Counted from the first letter of the stretch, positions 46,107 through 58,413 are shown. The stretch: DNA of 64,000 nucleotides from Rebecca billardiae RCC1528 (GCA_965240325.2 OZ251232.1:806001-870000); one strand, 5' to 3'. Notes: a model not told the origin generated them from the letters alone. Made by a program: numbers and translations.

Positions 46107-47662
46107 ATGGCTCGAGCCGGCTGGACGTGGCGTCGGGCGTGGCCCCTCGTAGGCACGCTCCTCGCCGGCTTGGCTGAGCCGGGCACGGCCTCGGACTTGA
46201 GGATCAGGGGCACAGCTCTGGAGATTCCCACCGATTGCGCGCCGATCACCATCGTCTACGAGCACTCGGCGGACCACGGCTGCGCCTTCTTCAGGGTGAA
46301 TGACCAGCATGGCACGCAGGTGCTGCACGGGGACTGCGCGCTGCGCAACGAGCGCGGGCATCGCCAGTCCATCTGCCTGCCGTATGGCTCGTACACCTTC
46401 AACATGTGCGCGCAGTCGCATGCGATGCGAGCGCCCGCCACATCTCGTGCCGCTGCGCGCGCGCCCGCCCAGCGCCCGCCCACACATCCGGCGGCGCGCG
46501 TGCCGCTTGCCGCCTCGGCTGTGTGCGCGCCCGCCTACCAGTGAGTACGACGGGAAGCTCTTCGCGGCGGGCAGTCGCTGGTCCGTGTACACGGGGTACC
46601 CGGAGAAAGGCATGCTCCTCACCACGCTCGTGCCCATCGGCAACTTCAGCGCCAGCGTGAGCTTCCAGCTGCCAGACCCTGCGCCCATGATTCGGCAGCG
46701 CCACAGGCACCCTACCCGCTCCAGCGGCGGCGGTGGCAGCGCGCCACCCGCAGCCGTGCGCTGGAGCGGCGGCGGCGAGGACTACCTGACGCTACGCCTC
46801 GAGCCGGACACTGTGCCGGACGACGGCTCGATGGGCGAGTGGAGCGTGATCGAGATCTACTCGGCGGGCTCGGCGCTGCCGCACACGGTCGCGCAGGGCC
46901 GGATGCAGCGCGGCCACGGCGCGACCTTCAGTGTCCGACCGGGGCGGTACCGACTCTCGCTGTGAGCGCGCCCGGGGCTGCGCGGACAGCCGGGCCCGCC
47001 GGCGCGCACGCGGCGCGAGCGCGCGCGCGCGACCCGCTCACGCCCGCCCTCGCCCCGGGCCCGCCCCATGCGCCCGCCCCCGCAGCATGCCGTACCACTA
47101 CTACCACAACGACCGGCCGTGCTGCCTGTACGAGCTGCTGCACCGGCACGGCAAGGACGGGCGCGACAGCCAGGTGCTCGCGGCTGGCGCGAGCGACGGC
47201 GACGTGGACTTTGTCGTCAGGGCCGGGCCTGATGGCAACGTGGTGCGCGTCGTGGCTCCAACCGCGCCTGGCTCTGCGCGGGCGCTGCCGGCAGGCCGCA
47301 CGTCGGCGCACCCGGGGCTCGACGCACTGGCCAGCGCACGCGCGCGTGCGCCAGGCCGCGCTGCAGCGCTCGCGGCTCTCGTCCTCGCGCCGCTCGTGCT
47401 GGTCGCCGTCATGGTGGTGCGTCGGGCGTTGCGGGAAAGCGGCGACACCTCGGCATCCAATGCGCATGCGCCGGCAGTGCGCGTCGAGCTCGCGCACGGC
47501 GTCTCGGCGTGTGGTGCTCGCGCCGCGGCAGAGTCGTCATCGGAGACGATGGACTCGAAATCGGCCGAGGCCGAGTTGACCGCCGCACCGACAACCGCCC
47601 ACGCCGCTGCCAGGCTGACGCAAGGGGCGTGTCGTGCGGCAGGTGCATCTGCGCTGCTGTGA
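46107..47662 (+). CDS. Type I membrane protein with beta-rich ectodomain; exons 46107-46405, 46542-46961, 47086-47662
   Basis: Signal peptide; CLPYGSYTFN and PGRYRLSL strand motifs; TM AALVLAPLVLVAVMVV followed by RR; two canonical introns joining frames. Confidence 0.75.
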
Positions 47663-47825
47663 CTGTGAGGGACTCACGACGAGCCGTGGTCGTGGGTCAC
47701 GCACTCCAGACCGTCCAGTGAACTGCGACCAACTACTCCAGCTGGCCGTGGCCCGTGTCAGCCGTGGACGCCTCGTCCTGAGTCCTGATGGCTGATCGAT
47801 CGCGACTTCCGTCACATCGCGACGA

Positions 47826-47860
<35 letters not shown>

Positions 47861-48726
47861 GCGCATAATAAATTCGTAGTCGTCTCGAGTCATATCATCT
47901 GAACGAAATATATATTCCGCGGGACTGCGTCGCCGCACTCACCGTGACCGTCACTGCGCCTGCGGCGCTGGCGCTGTCTGGACTGCGCGACGTTATTGAC
48001 GTCGCATTGAATCGGACTACGACGACGAACGCAGCGCGGATCGACGACTGCGTGTCAGTGTCACGTTATATGAACGGCACTACCGTTGAACTTGAACTTC
48101 AAAACCGAATTATTATAAGTGCTGATGAACGAATAACTTATAATAATGCACTGCAAGCAGCGCTTGAAGTCCTGAACTCAGTGAATGAAGACGGTTCGCG
48201 CGTGGCACGGTGCAGGTCAGACCGTGCAGGACCGTGAGTTGAGTGCAGAGTGGACTGACCAGTCAGATAATCATAGCATCGAACTTTCGAAGCTAATACG
48301 AATACACTCACTAGTCACTACTTGCAGTATAGTCTCCCCGGTACCTAGTCCTCGTGAACAGAATTCAGGCTGCTTTCTGCATGAAAAACCGTTCAAACTC
48401 ACGTATACATGACTCATATATATATAGCACCCGCATACCACCATTTAATGAACCGACAGGCGACACCTGCTCGTTCAGTACTACTAGCTGTCGCCTGTCG
48501 GGCGTCAATCTCGCCTGCCTAAGCTGTGTGCGTCTCTTATTCTTATAGTAAACTGCATAAGCCGAACTATAGTACTCTATAGTAGGCTAGTAGACTCTAG
48601 CTTAGCAGTGATGAGTCACTTATTAAAGTGAGTGCCTTTCAGGTGTCGGGACTGTGGGTCTGTGGCTGATTGTGTAGAGTTCTTGAGTCACCAAGGGCGT
48701 TCCCTGGATCCTGCCACACGCTCCGC

Positions 48727-48761
48727 GAGGGGTTAACCCCCCCTGGGGGGGGTAACCCCTC
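48727..48761. repeat. Short G/C-run palindrome
   Basis: GAGGGGTTAACCCCCCC-T-GGGGGGGGTAACCCCTC, near-perfect inverted repeat. Confidence 0.8.
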
Positions 48762-49710
48762 CGGACTGGCGCTGCGCCAGTGGCGGCCGCCGACCCGGAC
48801 TGCGGCGCACCAGCGCTTGGCGCGCGCGCGGCGCGGCGCGCTGCGGCCGTCGAGTTGCCATGCGAAGGCGGCGCGTTGCTTGCGTGGCATAGGAACACGG
48901 CCATGCTCCGCACTGCGCCCCGCAGCTCGCTCCTCGTCGACTTAACCGCGCCTACGATCAGCGCGCATGCGAGCGTCGCCTCGGAATGAGCAGCCCGCGC
49001 CGGCCGCTCAGCCGTGAGCGCCCGCCTGGCAGCGCGAGGGCGGTCAGCTCGGGCCCGCTCGGGGCACGAGCTGCGGCTGAGCGAGGAAGCATGGCCATGT
49101 GCCTGCGCGCAAGCCGCGCCGCCTTGAGACATCGATCGTGCGCGTTGATGCAGCTTCAGACGGCTGTCGACGAATGCCGATCAGCCTGCACGAGCCTTGC
49201 ATGTCAGTGGAGATGGAACAACACAACACTGTCAACAGACCGTGAGCGCCCTGAACTCTGAAGCGGCTGAATATGAGTCTTCGGGTTGAACTGAAGCGTG
49301 TCGGCGCGCAGCGACTCGTGTACATCTGTGTGCATCGTCTGCGCGCGTGGCTGCCGTCATGCCATGCCTGAGTCGTTGCTCTGATGAGGAGTCCTGTCAA
49401 GGGCACCGCGACATTCGCAAGGGCAAGAAGAATAGTTGCGTGCAAGGTGCATGCCGTCGGCGGTGCGCACCGCCACCAGCGCGGCGGCGACTCAGGCGAG
49501 CGTCGCCGTCGCTCACCGTCGGACCGTCGACGGTTCTGTGCCCCTCCGTGCTGCAGTCTGGTAGATCGCAGCGGCGCAGCACAAAAGATATATATATATA
49601 TATGTCAACGCGAGCCCTCATCAGGTTCCCCATGGAGGTGGCCTTTGCGTTTCAAGGCCGACTGCGTAGGTGGGAAAGCTGCGCAGGCAGCGTGTCGCTC
49701 GCTGCGACGC

Positions 49711-51010
49711 TCAGAGCGCCTTGTTGACGAAGTGAGGCGAGAGCGTCGCCCAGATCTGGTCGGAGAGCTCCTCCCGCGAGAGGCGGCGCCCGCTGACGAC
49801 GCACGGCACGTGCGTCCAGTGCGCAAACTTGGAGGCACACAGCAGGAAGGTGTCGCGCACGGCCAGCTTGTAGCTGCGGACCAGGGGTGGGGGGACGCCA
49901 CGGCGCGTCGGCGCGCATCGCGAGCAGCGCGCGCGCGTCAAACGGGGGGCGTACGCCCACGCGCCAGCGCGCGTCCCCTCTCGGCCGACCCCTCACCTCC
50001 GGGGCACGCGCGCGGCAGCGGCGGCGGCGCGCACACCTCTGCCCAGCTGTCTCGTGCATGTCGAGCTTCGCGCGGCTGCCGTCCGCCCGCATCGAGGCCT
50101 CGGCGTCGGCAGGCGGCAGGTCAAGGTACAGCACCGCGTGCGAGCGCGGCAGGCCGAGCCACTCGCACTCGAACTTGGCCAACTGCTCGACGAGCGCCTC
50201 CCGCGCGCCGCTCGGCTCGTCCAGCTTGCTCGCCTGGTGCCCAAAGTTGGCCTCGGTGTAACGGTCGAGGACGACGTTGGTGCCGCGGGCAAGCCAGTGG
50301 CGCAGGACGGGCGCGACGTCGTGCCGGTTCTCGGCGTACAGCGAGGCGAAGAGCAGCGGGTTCACCTCGCCGATCGAGCCGTGCTTCCCCGCCAGCAGCT
50401 CCCGGATCAGCTGCCCGTGGCGGGCGGCGTCGTGCGGGAAGTCGAGCGTGCGCGCCGGGTAGCCGTGCGCGCGCAGGCGGTCGAGCAGCATGGCGGCCTG
50501 CGTCTGCTTGCCCGCGCCGTCGCCGCCCTCGATGACGAAGATGCGCCCAGGTGCGGCGGGCGGCGCGAGCGCCGACGCCAGCACCGTCTCCAGGTCCGAC
50601 GTGTCCGAGTAGGGCGCGAGCTGCAGCAGCGGCTCGCCCTCGGCAGCCCATGCGCGCGCACTCGCGAACGGGCACTCAGCCGACGCGCCAGCGGAGGAGT
50701 GCCAGACGCACACGGTGGGGATCCGGCGACGGTGCAGGGCGTACGCCAGCTCCGCACCCAGCTCGGCGCCCGATGCGTCCCCGCCGCCCACGCCGCCGAC
50801 ATCGGCGACGAGCACGTCAGCCTCGGCGAGGCAGCCGAGCCGCTCGCTCGGCCCTGCGAGCGTGCTCGCGGCGGTGACGTGGCCGTAGCGCGAGAGGCAA
50901 CGCATCATAACGGCGGAGAGCTCGGCGCCGAGCGTCGCGCACGCCGCGAAGTAGATGCGCTGACCCATCGCCGTCTCGTGCGCGGCCGCCGCGGAGATCG
51001 GGAGCCCCAT
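49711..51010 (-). CDS. tmk: Thymidylate kinase with N-terminal DNPH1/nucleoside-deoxyribosyltransferase-like domain; exons 51010(or 50968)-50037 and 49873-49711
   Basis: FVIEGGDGAGKQTQ P-loop, LDFP, LDRYTEANFGHQ, YLDLPP, DMHE. N-terminal RIYFA...LSRYGHV...LAEADVLVADV...GAELAYA...PTVCVW. GT-AG intron 49874-50036. Confidence 0.88.
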
Positions 51011-51148
51011 TCTTAGCCAGACGACCAACGACTTGCCAGCGCGCGGGCCGCGGCCCGCGCGACCGAGGACGACCAACGACTTTCCACTTTCCCTAGCGGC
51101 TTTGAGAATGATGCCGCAAGCGAGCGCACGTTTCAAGTTGCACCGGAC

Positions 51149-51426
51149 CAAGGGGCTTACAAAATACCACTGGGGGCGAAACACAGTCGTCGCCACCCCG
51201 GCTCCTCAGACGGAATGTGTCCGGTGAGTGGAAAACACTGTGCGAGAAGTTTGAATCCGGGAAAGCGGGTAATCTGTCGACACATCTCGTATTCTTTCAA
51301 GGCATTCCGGTCTTTTTTTCATAAGAGCTACCGGACACTTTCCGTTTGAGGAGCCGGGGTCGCGACGGGGCTCCGCACTGGCGCTTTCGCCCCCAGTGGT
51401 ATTTTCACTATTTTGTAAGCCCCTTG
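51149..51426. mobile_element. P-like MITE, 278 bp, 7-bp TSD ACCGGAC
   Basis: TIR CAAGGGGCTTACAAAATA / TATTTTGTAAGCCCCTTG with imperfect inward extension. ACCGGAC at 51142-48 and 51427-33. Confidence 0.9.
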
Positions 51427-51623
51427 ACCGGACTAGGTAGCCGTACCCCCATACCGACCGTACGGCCCAAACCACGGACGACTCCACGAGCTCGCAAACC
51501 AAAACGCTCCAAAAATGTGTCTAGCTCCATTTCGGGCCGTTGAGTGGCCGCCATCCTGTGCGCTGTGTGTTGTGGCCGGTGATGGCCAGGCCCGCATCGT
51601 GAGCACGCCGTCGACTTGGCAGC

Positions 51624-52397
51624 ATGGGGGACGATCGGCAGGCGCCGCCGGGGCTCAGCCTCAACCTGGCGCCCACGCGCAGGCCGCTCGTGGCCTCCTC
51701 CCATGACCCCGAGGGGTCCAACACCGCGGGCATCGTCACGGTACGCGATTCGCTCGGCACGCCTCGCTCGGTGCGCGTCGTGCAGAAGGAGGAGCCGGAG
51801 GGGGCTAACATGGTGCGCATCTCGTGGTTCTACACGTTCGAGGACAAGACGTACACCATCGAGCTGCGGCACGGCCGCCTCTCCGGCATCCGCAAGATCT
51901 ACGTCAATAAGGAGCTCGTCGAGCGCGACAAGAAGCTCAAGTACGCGATCAGCTCGGTCGCCACGCAGTACGAGTTCGATGTCGGCCCGAAGCAGGCGCG
52001 GATCGAGATCGAGCCCGGGCAGAAGGGCGGGTACACGTACCAGCTCTACATCGACGGGCGCATCGTTGAGGCCGCGCCCGCGCCGCACAACCAGGTGCCC
52101 TCGAAGGAGGTGCGCATCGAAAAGACGCAGCGCATCGGCATGACGCTGCAGAACAACTCGGACGGGCCCGGCGTGGTGGTGGTGCACTTCCAGCCCGAGT
52201 CCGCAGCGCGCGACGCCGGGGTGAAGGTGGGAGACATCCTCCTCGCCGTCAACGGCGAGCCCATCAACACGCACGAGATCGCCGTCTACCGCATCGACCA
52301 GGTCGCGCCCGGCGATGCGTTCCTGCTCAGTGTCGCAAGGCACGGCGTCGGCTCGGGCGGCAGGGAAGAGGAGGACGCGCACCAGCTGTACACGTAA
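51624..52397 (+). CDS. FAIM-domain + PDZ-domain protein
   Basis: W...YTIELRHGRLSGIRKIYVN...YTYQLYIDG is FAIM-like; IGMTL...PESAARDAGVKVGDILLAVNG is PDZ. Confidence 0.85.
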   Translation: MGDDRQAPPGLSLNLAPTRRPLVASSHDPEGSNTAGIVTVRDSLGTPRSVRVVQKEEPEGANMVRISWFYTFEDKTYTIELRHGRLSGIRKIYVNKELVERDKKLKYAISSVATQYEFDVGPKQARIEIEPGQKGGYTYQLYIDGRIVEAAPAPHNQVPSKEVRIEKTQRIGMTLQNNSDGPGVVVVHFQPESAARDAGVKVGDILLAVNGEPINTHEIAVYRIDQVAPGDAFLLSVARHGVGSGGREEEDAHQLYT

Positions 52398-53198
52398 CGG
52401 CGGCTGCGCGCGGGCTGCCGGCGGCGCCTCGCGTCCACGCGCCCGCTCGCAGCCTCGCGCGCGCAGATCGCCGGTAGGGCGGCGTCATCGTGCAGCACCC
52501 AGCCCGGCTCCGGAGTGCGAGCCCCGGCTCCGGAGTGCGGGCGGCGGCACCATGCACAGCGCAGGTCGCGTGACACTGTCACTGCGCGAGTCGGGCGGCG
52601 CGGCCCAGTGACCCGACGCCGAGCCACGGCGCGTCCCCGACAACGCGGAAGGGCGAAGCGTCCTAGCTTCGGGATCGTGGCGCAGCGGCACGCGTGTGCC
52701 ACTGCTGAGACTGCAGCGCCGCGGGGCGCGCCCCCGCTCGTCAGGCGACAGGCTCCGAGGGCAGGCACTCCGTGCCACGGCCGCTGGCCAGCTGACCGTG
52801 GCTGCGGGCTGGCCGCTGGCAGTCCGCGGGTCCTGAAACCGACTGAAGTCTGAACCGAGTCAACTTTGTAGCCGGTGCCGGTGGCCAGTGCAAAGTGCGC
52901 GCCGACAGTGATCATCAACAGACAACATTGTCAGGAGAATGCTGCGCATATGTACTGTGCGTCTCTTATTCTTAGTAAACTGTACATGTCATCATGTCCA
53001 TCGATTGCGGCGGCGCTGAGCGCGGCGGTCCTCACCGGACGCACGGCGCCACCGGTCGGCAGGCTGGGGCAAACCAGTGCTGCCGGCTTGGCCTGCCCAG
53101 CCTTTCGGTTTGGCCCAGCCAGGCAAGGGCCAAGGCGCGGGGGAGCTGCCCAGCTTTTCAAGCACCTTGCGGCTTGCCGCTTGCGCCGAGTTGTTGCG

Positions 53199-55387
53199 AT
53201 GGTCGCCACGGCTGTGGGCGGCGCGCCGCTCGCGGGCTCGCGAGCGCGGCCGTACAACATACGGGTGGAGGAGAGGCGGCGGATGTGGTTCGACTACTAC
53301 ATCGCGCAAGGCCAGTACGCCGCCGCGCAGCGCATCGCTGATGCGGAGGAGGTGCCGTGGCACTACCCGCCGCCGCAGGGCGTGCGGTCGGGCGAGCACG
53401 AGCACGGCTCGCCAGGCAGCGGCGGCCCGCTGCACGTGCCGAATATCGACCCGCGAGAGGCTGCAGTGATCATCCAGAAGGCGGTGCGCGGCGAGCAGGC
53501 TCGCGCGGCCGCCACCTGGCTCCGCGAGGAGCGGAAGCACCGCTACTGGCTGCAGTACGCGATCGCGACAAGACAATTCGACGGCGCGACGCGGCTGGGG
53601 TTCTGGCACGAGATCGCGGCGATGGTGATCCAGCGGGCAGTGCGCCGGACGATCCGGAAGCAGGTGGGCTACGAGGTCACCTGCCCAAGCTGCGCCACCG
53701 TCTTCGAGCTGCGCAAGGTGCCCGAGGGCCGCGTGCGGCAGCGGTGCCCCGAGTGCGGCGTCTCATTTCAGATCGAGGCGGCGCAGCAGGCGTGGTGGGC
53801 GCAGCCGGTGCTGCTGGAGTACGGCGAGGGCGGCGGGGGTGGGGGCGGGGATGGGCCGCGGGCGGTGGGTGCGCTCCCGTTCAGCCCCGAGTGGATCGAG
53901 GAGGAGGAGCGGAGGCGACGGGAGTGGCAGCGGTGCGCGCGCGCGCGCGTCGCGGCGCGGCGCGCGGCGCGCTGCGCATGCCGTCGCGACGCTCATCGTG
54001 CCGCGCCATCGCCCCGGGGATGCGCCTCGGCGCGCGCGCGCGCCCGCCCGCCACGCCCCCCGCGCAGCTATTTCCTCACCGTCGAGGACGTCGACTCGGC
54101 GCACCGCATCGGCTTCCAGCACGAGGTGAAGGCACGAGTGATCCAGCGCGAGTTCAAGCGCTGGCACTACGGCAAGTGGCGCGTGTACCAGGCGGAGAAG
54201 GCGGAGGAGGCGTTCCGCCGCGCGGTGGAGCTGGAGCGGGCGGCGGCGGAGGTGCGCAGGCAGCACGCGGCGCGCGTGATGCAGCGCGCCGCGAGGCGGA
54301 AGCGCGCATACAACCTGTACAAGCGCACGCGCCTCGCCGAGCTCGCCGCCAACTTCTCGTCGCGCAAGGCGGACCTGACGCGCTCCAAGGGGGAGGCGCT
54401 GTCGCTGCGCTTCTGCCGCAAGCTGCTCGGCCGCTCGTACCAGCGCGCGAAGCAGCAGCACGAGGCGGCGCGGCTGATCTCGAGCACGTACAGGACGCTC
54501 AACGTGCGCGCGCGCGCACGCGCGCCCCGCGCCGAGCCGCGCCCGCCGCCGAGCTCGCCGCCCTCTCACGCACGCGCCCGTTCCGGCCTCGGCGCCGGCG
54601 CGTGCGCTCGCGCGCGCAGGGCAAGCGCGCGGCCAAGAAGCGGCAGCTGTACACGCAGGCGCGCACGCAGCACGCCGCGCGCGTGATCATGCGGCTGTAC
54701 GTGCGGCACAAGATGGTCGAGCTGGAGAAGCACTCCAAGGGCTGGCTGCTGCGCTACTCGAGCAAGGGCAAATGGCTCAGCCGCTATTTTTATATCAACA
54801 AGCACCACCTGTGCTACATTGCGGGCAACCGCGGCTCGATCGTGCCGCGCGCGCCCAACACGGACGTCGCGTACAAGCAGGAGCTCTCCGAGTGGGAGGC
54901 GAAGGCGGACCAAGCCAAGGACGGGCAGCGGCTCGACCTGAAGCAAGTGCGCGCCATGGTCGGCCCCGACCGCACCAACCACGAGCTCGAGATCACGATG
55001 GAGCGCGGGGACAAGCACCGCTTCCGCGCGTCCTCCGAGCGCGAGGCCATGCTCTGGCGCGCCGTGTTTGAGCGCTACCTGCGCCACGGCGCACGCGTGG
55101 CGCGCGGCGAGCGGCGCGGGGTGGCGGTGTCGCTCAGGGAGCAGGGAAAGCCTTCCTCGTCCTCGCTCAAAGGCACGGGCGCGTCGCAGCCGGCGGAGGG
55201 CTCGACGCAGGATTGGCGGACGGGCCGGCGCGCATCGGGCACGCCCCCGCCGGTCGGATCCGCATCGCGCTCGCGGCCACCGGCGCCTGCGGCCTCGGAC
55301 GCGGGTCTGGGATTACCGCCTCTCGGCGCAGTGACACCGGACCCGGTGCCGTCGCAGTCGCAGACCACACGACGCCCGGTGCTATGA
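53199..55387 (+). CDS. IQ-motif / Zn-ribbon / PH-domain protein; exons 53199-53932, 54068-54503, 54620-55387
   Basis: IQKAVRG, IQRAVRR, IQREFKR, MQRAARR; CPSC...CPEC; PH motifs KGWLLRYSSKGKWLSRYFYI...FRASSEREAMLW; two GT-AG introns. Confidence 0.85.
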
Positions 55388-56147
55388 CGCGCGCTGGCGG
55401 CCTCACCATGACCAGCACGAGCCACGACGATGGGCTGCCTGCATCAGAGGCACGCGTGCTTGACGGTTTTCGTCGGCCTGCAGCATCCGCACCGCGGCCC
55501 CGGCGCGGCGGAGCCGGCCCGGGCCCCAGGCCCAGCCCCGCCGCGGGCGCGGCGGGCCGCTGGCACCGCTGAGACTTCAGGAGGCTCGACTTACGAGACG
55601 AGTGTCTAGATAGACTGGCTAGTCCGAGCTCGAGAGTATAGTCGAGTACCCCCATATTATATATATATATAGACGTACATTAATTTGTACGGTATTGTCG
55701 GTAATACTAATATTCGCGGATCTCACTGATCTGCGCTGAATTAATAATAATATAAATTATAATCAGAGTGATCCCGAGAATAATCGGCCCGCCGAGTGAC
55801 GGTTGCCCGGCCATGCCTGCGGTCGGGTCCTGGGCGAGCCGCCGGTTGATCGGAGCCAACTGGATGGGCTCGGTCGCAGCCGAGTCAGCAGGCCGCAGGG
55901 AGCAGGTGATCGTAGACGTAGCGAGTAGCACCGCCGACATGCGGCCTGTTGGACGAGGTGAGTCATGCAGCAGCTCGGCTGGCGCGGCACGGAGCGGCTC
56001 CGACGTGATCGTGGCAGGCTGTGGAGTGATGCGGGCAGATGCCGGCCGGCCTCGACAAGCGCCAGGACACGCTGCCTATAGCAGCCTATACAGGATGATG
56101 CACTGAGCAAGCTGCGCCAGTGGGTGCGGCAGCGACATGCGTCTCTA

Positions 56148-56659
56148 CAGGCAATCGCGGGCAATAAGAAGTCAGAGATCTCACGGCTAGCCTCGGTTTC
56201 TTAGCCGTTCGGTCGCCCGAGCGCCTACGGAGTCTCAGTTTCTTAGCTAGGTCCGCCCGCCGCGCAGGCGCGGCCGCGGGGGGCGCAGGGGGGCAGAGCC
56301 CCCGGCTGAGTCTTTAGGCCCGGCCGGCGAGGCCGACGAAAATTTTGGGCCTTTTTGGAGCAAATCTGGCATGATGTTGCATGGATGCTGCGGTGCACTG
56401 GCCAGGAGTCAGTCATCAGGAGAAGTCGGGACTTGGCCTGTACTCGTAGTCGGGCCGCGCGCCGCGTCCCCGACGGGCCGACTGCGCCTCGCCCCTCGGC
56501 GGACCACTCGTCAGCCGGGACGACGTAGTCCCGGTTTCTTAGTGTGACTATGCGTATAGCGAACCAGCCAATCGCTAGCCTCAGTTTCTAGGCCAGATCC
56601 CGCAGATAGCAAGCCCCAGTTTCTTAACGTGACAGCTCCTTATTGCCCGCGATTGCCTG
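56148..56659 (-). mobile_element. TA-TSD MITE family A, copy 2 (512 bp)
   Basis: Same 21-bp TIRs and TA flanks; orientation opposite to copy 1. Confidence 0.92.
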
Positions 56660-56988
56660 TATCTAACTAGCTGCGCCGTGATAACCTCTTGACGCTCTGG
56701 CCGCCGCCCCGGGCACCCACTCCCAGCGCGCGCGCGCTGCCGCGCGCCGCGCGGCTCAGGCTGGAGCCATCATCTCTGATCCAATCTGACTCATCCTTCT
56801 CAGAAATTCAAAAAAATGGATTTTCTCGCCCAGTTTTGGCCCTTCGTCGTCGACGTTATTCTTGGGCTCTACCGGCGTGCTCCGCTCTCGACGCCAGGCG
56901 CTTCAGGTATTTGTAACCTGTCTGTTAAGACAATTTACGGTTAGGCTCTGGGGCCCCTGCACGAATAAAAGTCGAAAACCTATAAAAC

Positions 56989-57020
56989 CAAAGGACCATC
57001 AAATACTTGATGGTCCTTTG
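56989..57020. repeat. Perfect 14-bp hairpin
   Basis: CAAAGGACCATCAA-ATAC-TTGATGGTCCTTTG. Confidence 0.85.
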
Positions 57021-57314
57021 ATAAAACTCGGATTGACGCGATGCCGGCCTCTGCACTAATAAATTATTGACGAAACCTATAAAAAGGGGGATTTTGAACA
57101 ATGATGAAGCCTCATAGTCATATCAGTCAGAGACTGAATTGAGCGCATATATTTCTCACTCTAGGTGGGACAGGGGGTGCGGGGTGTGACGAGCCCAGGG
57201 GCCAGGTTCCCCAGCATCAAGGGATACATTCAGATGTACAATCAAAAGTTTACAAAGTGTACACATATGTACATGTACAAGCACTGCATCTGCAGCAGCC
57301 CGCCGGCGGGCCGA

Positions 57315-57580
57315 GCTGCGACATCGACTACCACCTCATCTGCTTCATCGCCCAGAGCGCGCTAGGCGGCGCGCTCACTCTCCAAGCCCCTCTTCTGCAG
57401 CTTGAGCTGCGCGCCGCTTGGCCGGCGCGCGGCGACGCGTGACACTACGACCTCATCCTCATCCAGGCGCCCATCACGCGGGCGCACGGGGACGACAGCC
57501 GCGGCTGCCGCTTGCCGGGGCTGCTCGCCGCTAGGTCGGCGGGCGGCGACATCGACTACGACCTCACCCTCATCCAAGTG
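57315..57580 (+). repeat. Three diverged ~114-bp-period repeats (GCGACATCGACTACGACCTCA..CTCATC), possible pseudogene fragment
   Basis: Copies at ~57318, ~57433 and ~57546 read xDIDY(D/H)LxLIQ-like in one frame with an internal TGA. Confidence 0.45.
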
Positions 57581-58413
57581 CTCCGGAAGGCGCTACTCGG
57601 CCGCGGCGGCCGATCTGCCGTCGCCGCCGCGTGCCCCAGGCGGCCCAGGCCGAGGCGGTGCTCCGTCCTGATCCCGGCCCCGCTCCGCCTCCCGTAGGGG
57701 GGCAGGGCTGCGGGTGGCGCACTGTCTGACCTGGACGGAAGGCGCGGACGCATTCTATATATATGTGTCTGTTGCACTCTGAGCCTGACGCTTGTCCCGT
57801 TGTCTGATATCAAGTAACGGATGATAAATAATGTTAGATAGTGCTGCCATTCTGATTCATCAAGGCGTCGTTCAGAATAAAAAATATTATATATATATCT
57901 CACTTATAATAATAATAATATATATTATCAATAATTTTAGATGAATCTGCTGATGATACATTTCAATTTGCCGCCGACCGTACGGCGGACCGGTACGCGG
58001 TCGTCGGCCGCACCGCCCGCACCCGCCGGCCGCACGGCGGCGGACGGCCGGCGCACCCGCGGCCGGCTAGGGCCGCGCGCCGCGCGGCCGCGGGGCCGCG
58101 GCGCGGGGCCGCCACTGAGTCCGCGCTGGCAACATCATCATATTCGTCGTCATCTGTCGTCTCTGTCATCGTGAGTAGGGTGGCCTCGTGCCATTCGTCT
58201 TGCGAAGCGTCGTCATCGGACAGCGCCACGCAGTCTGCTCCAGCACGTGGCGGCGACTGCCCCGCCGAGGAGGCCGATCGCACAGCAGCAGGGCCGCAAA
58301 ACAACTCGCGCACGCGGCGTGCGGCGTGCACGAGGCAGCGAGCGCGGCACGCCTTCATCCGACCCAGCTGGGTCGGCGGGCGCGCGCTCAGCTTGAGGTG
58401 CGCCCAGTCCGGC

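Noticed and set aside
47944-48237. 97-aa ORF in an AT-rich island
   Set aside because: GTG start and composition unlike real genes in this window.
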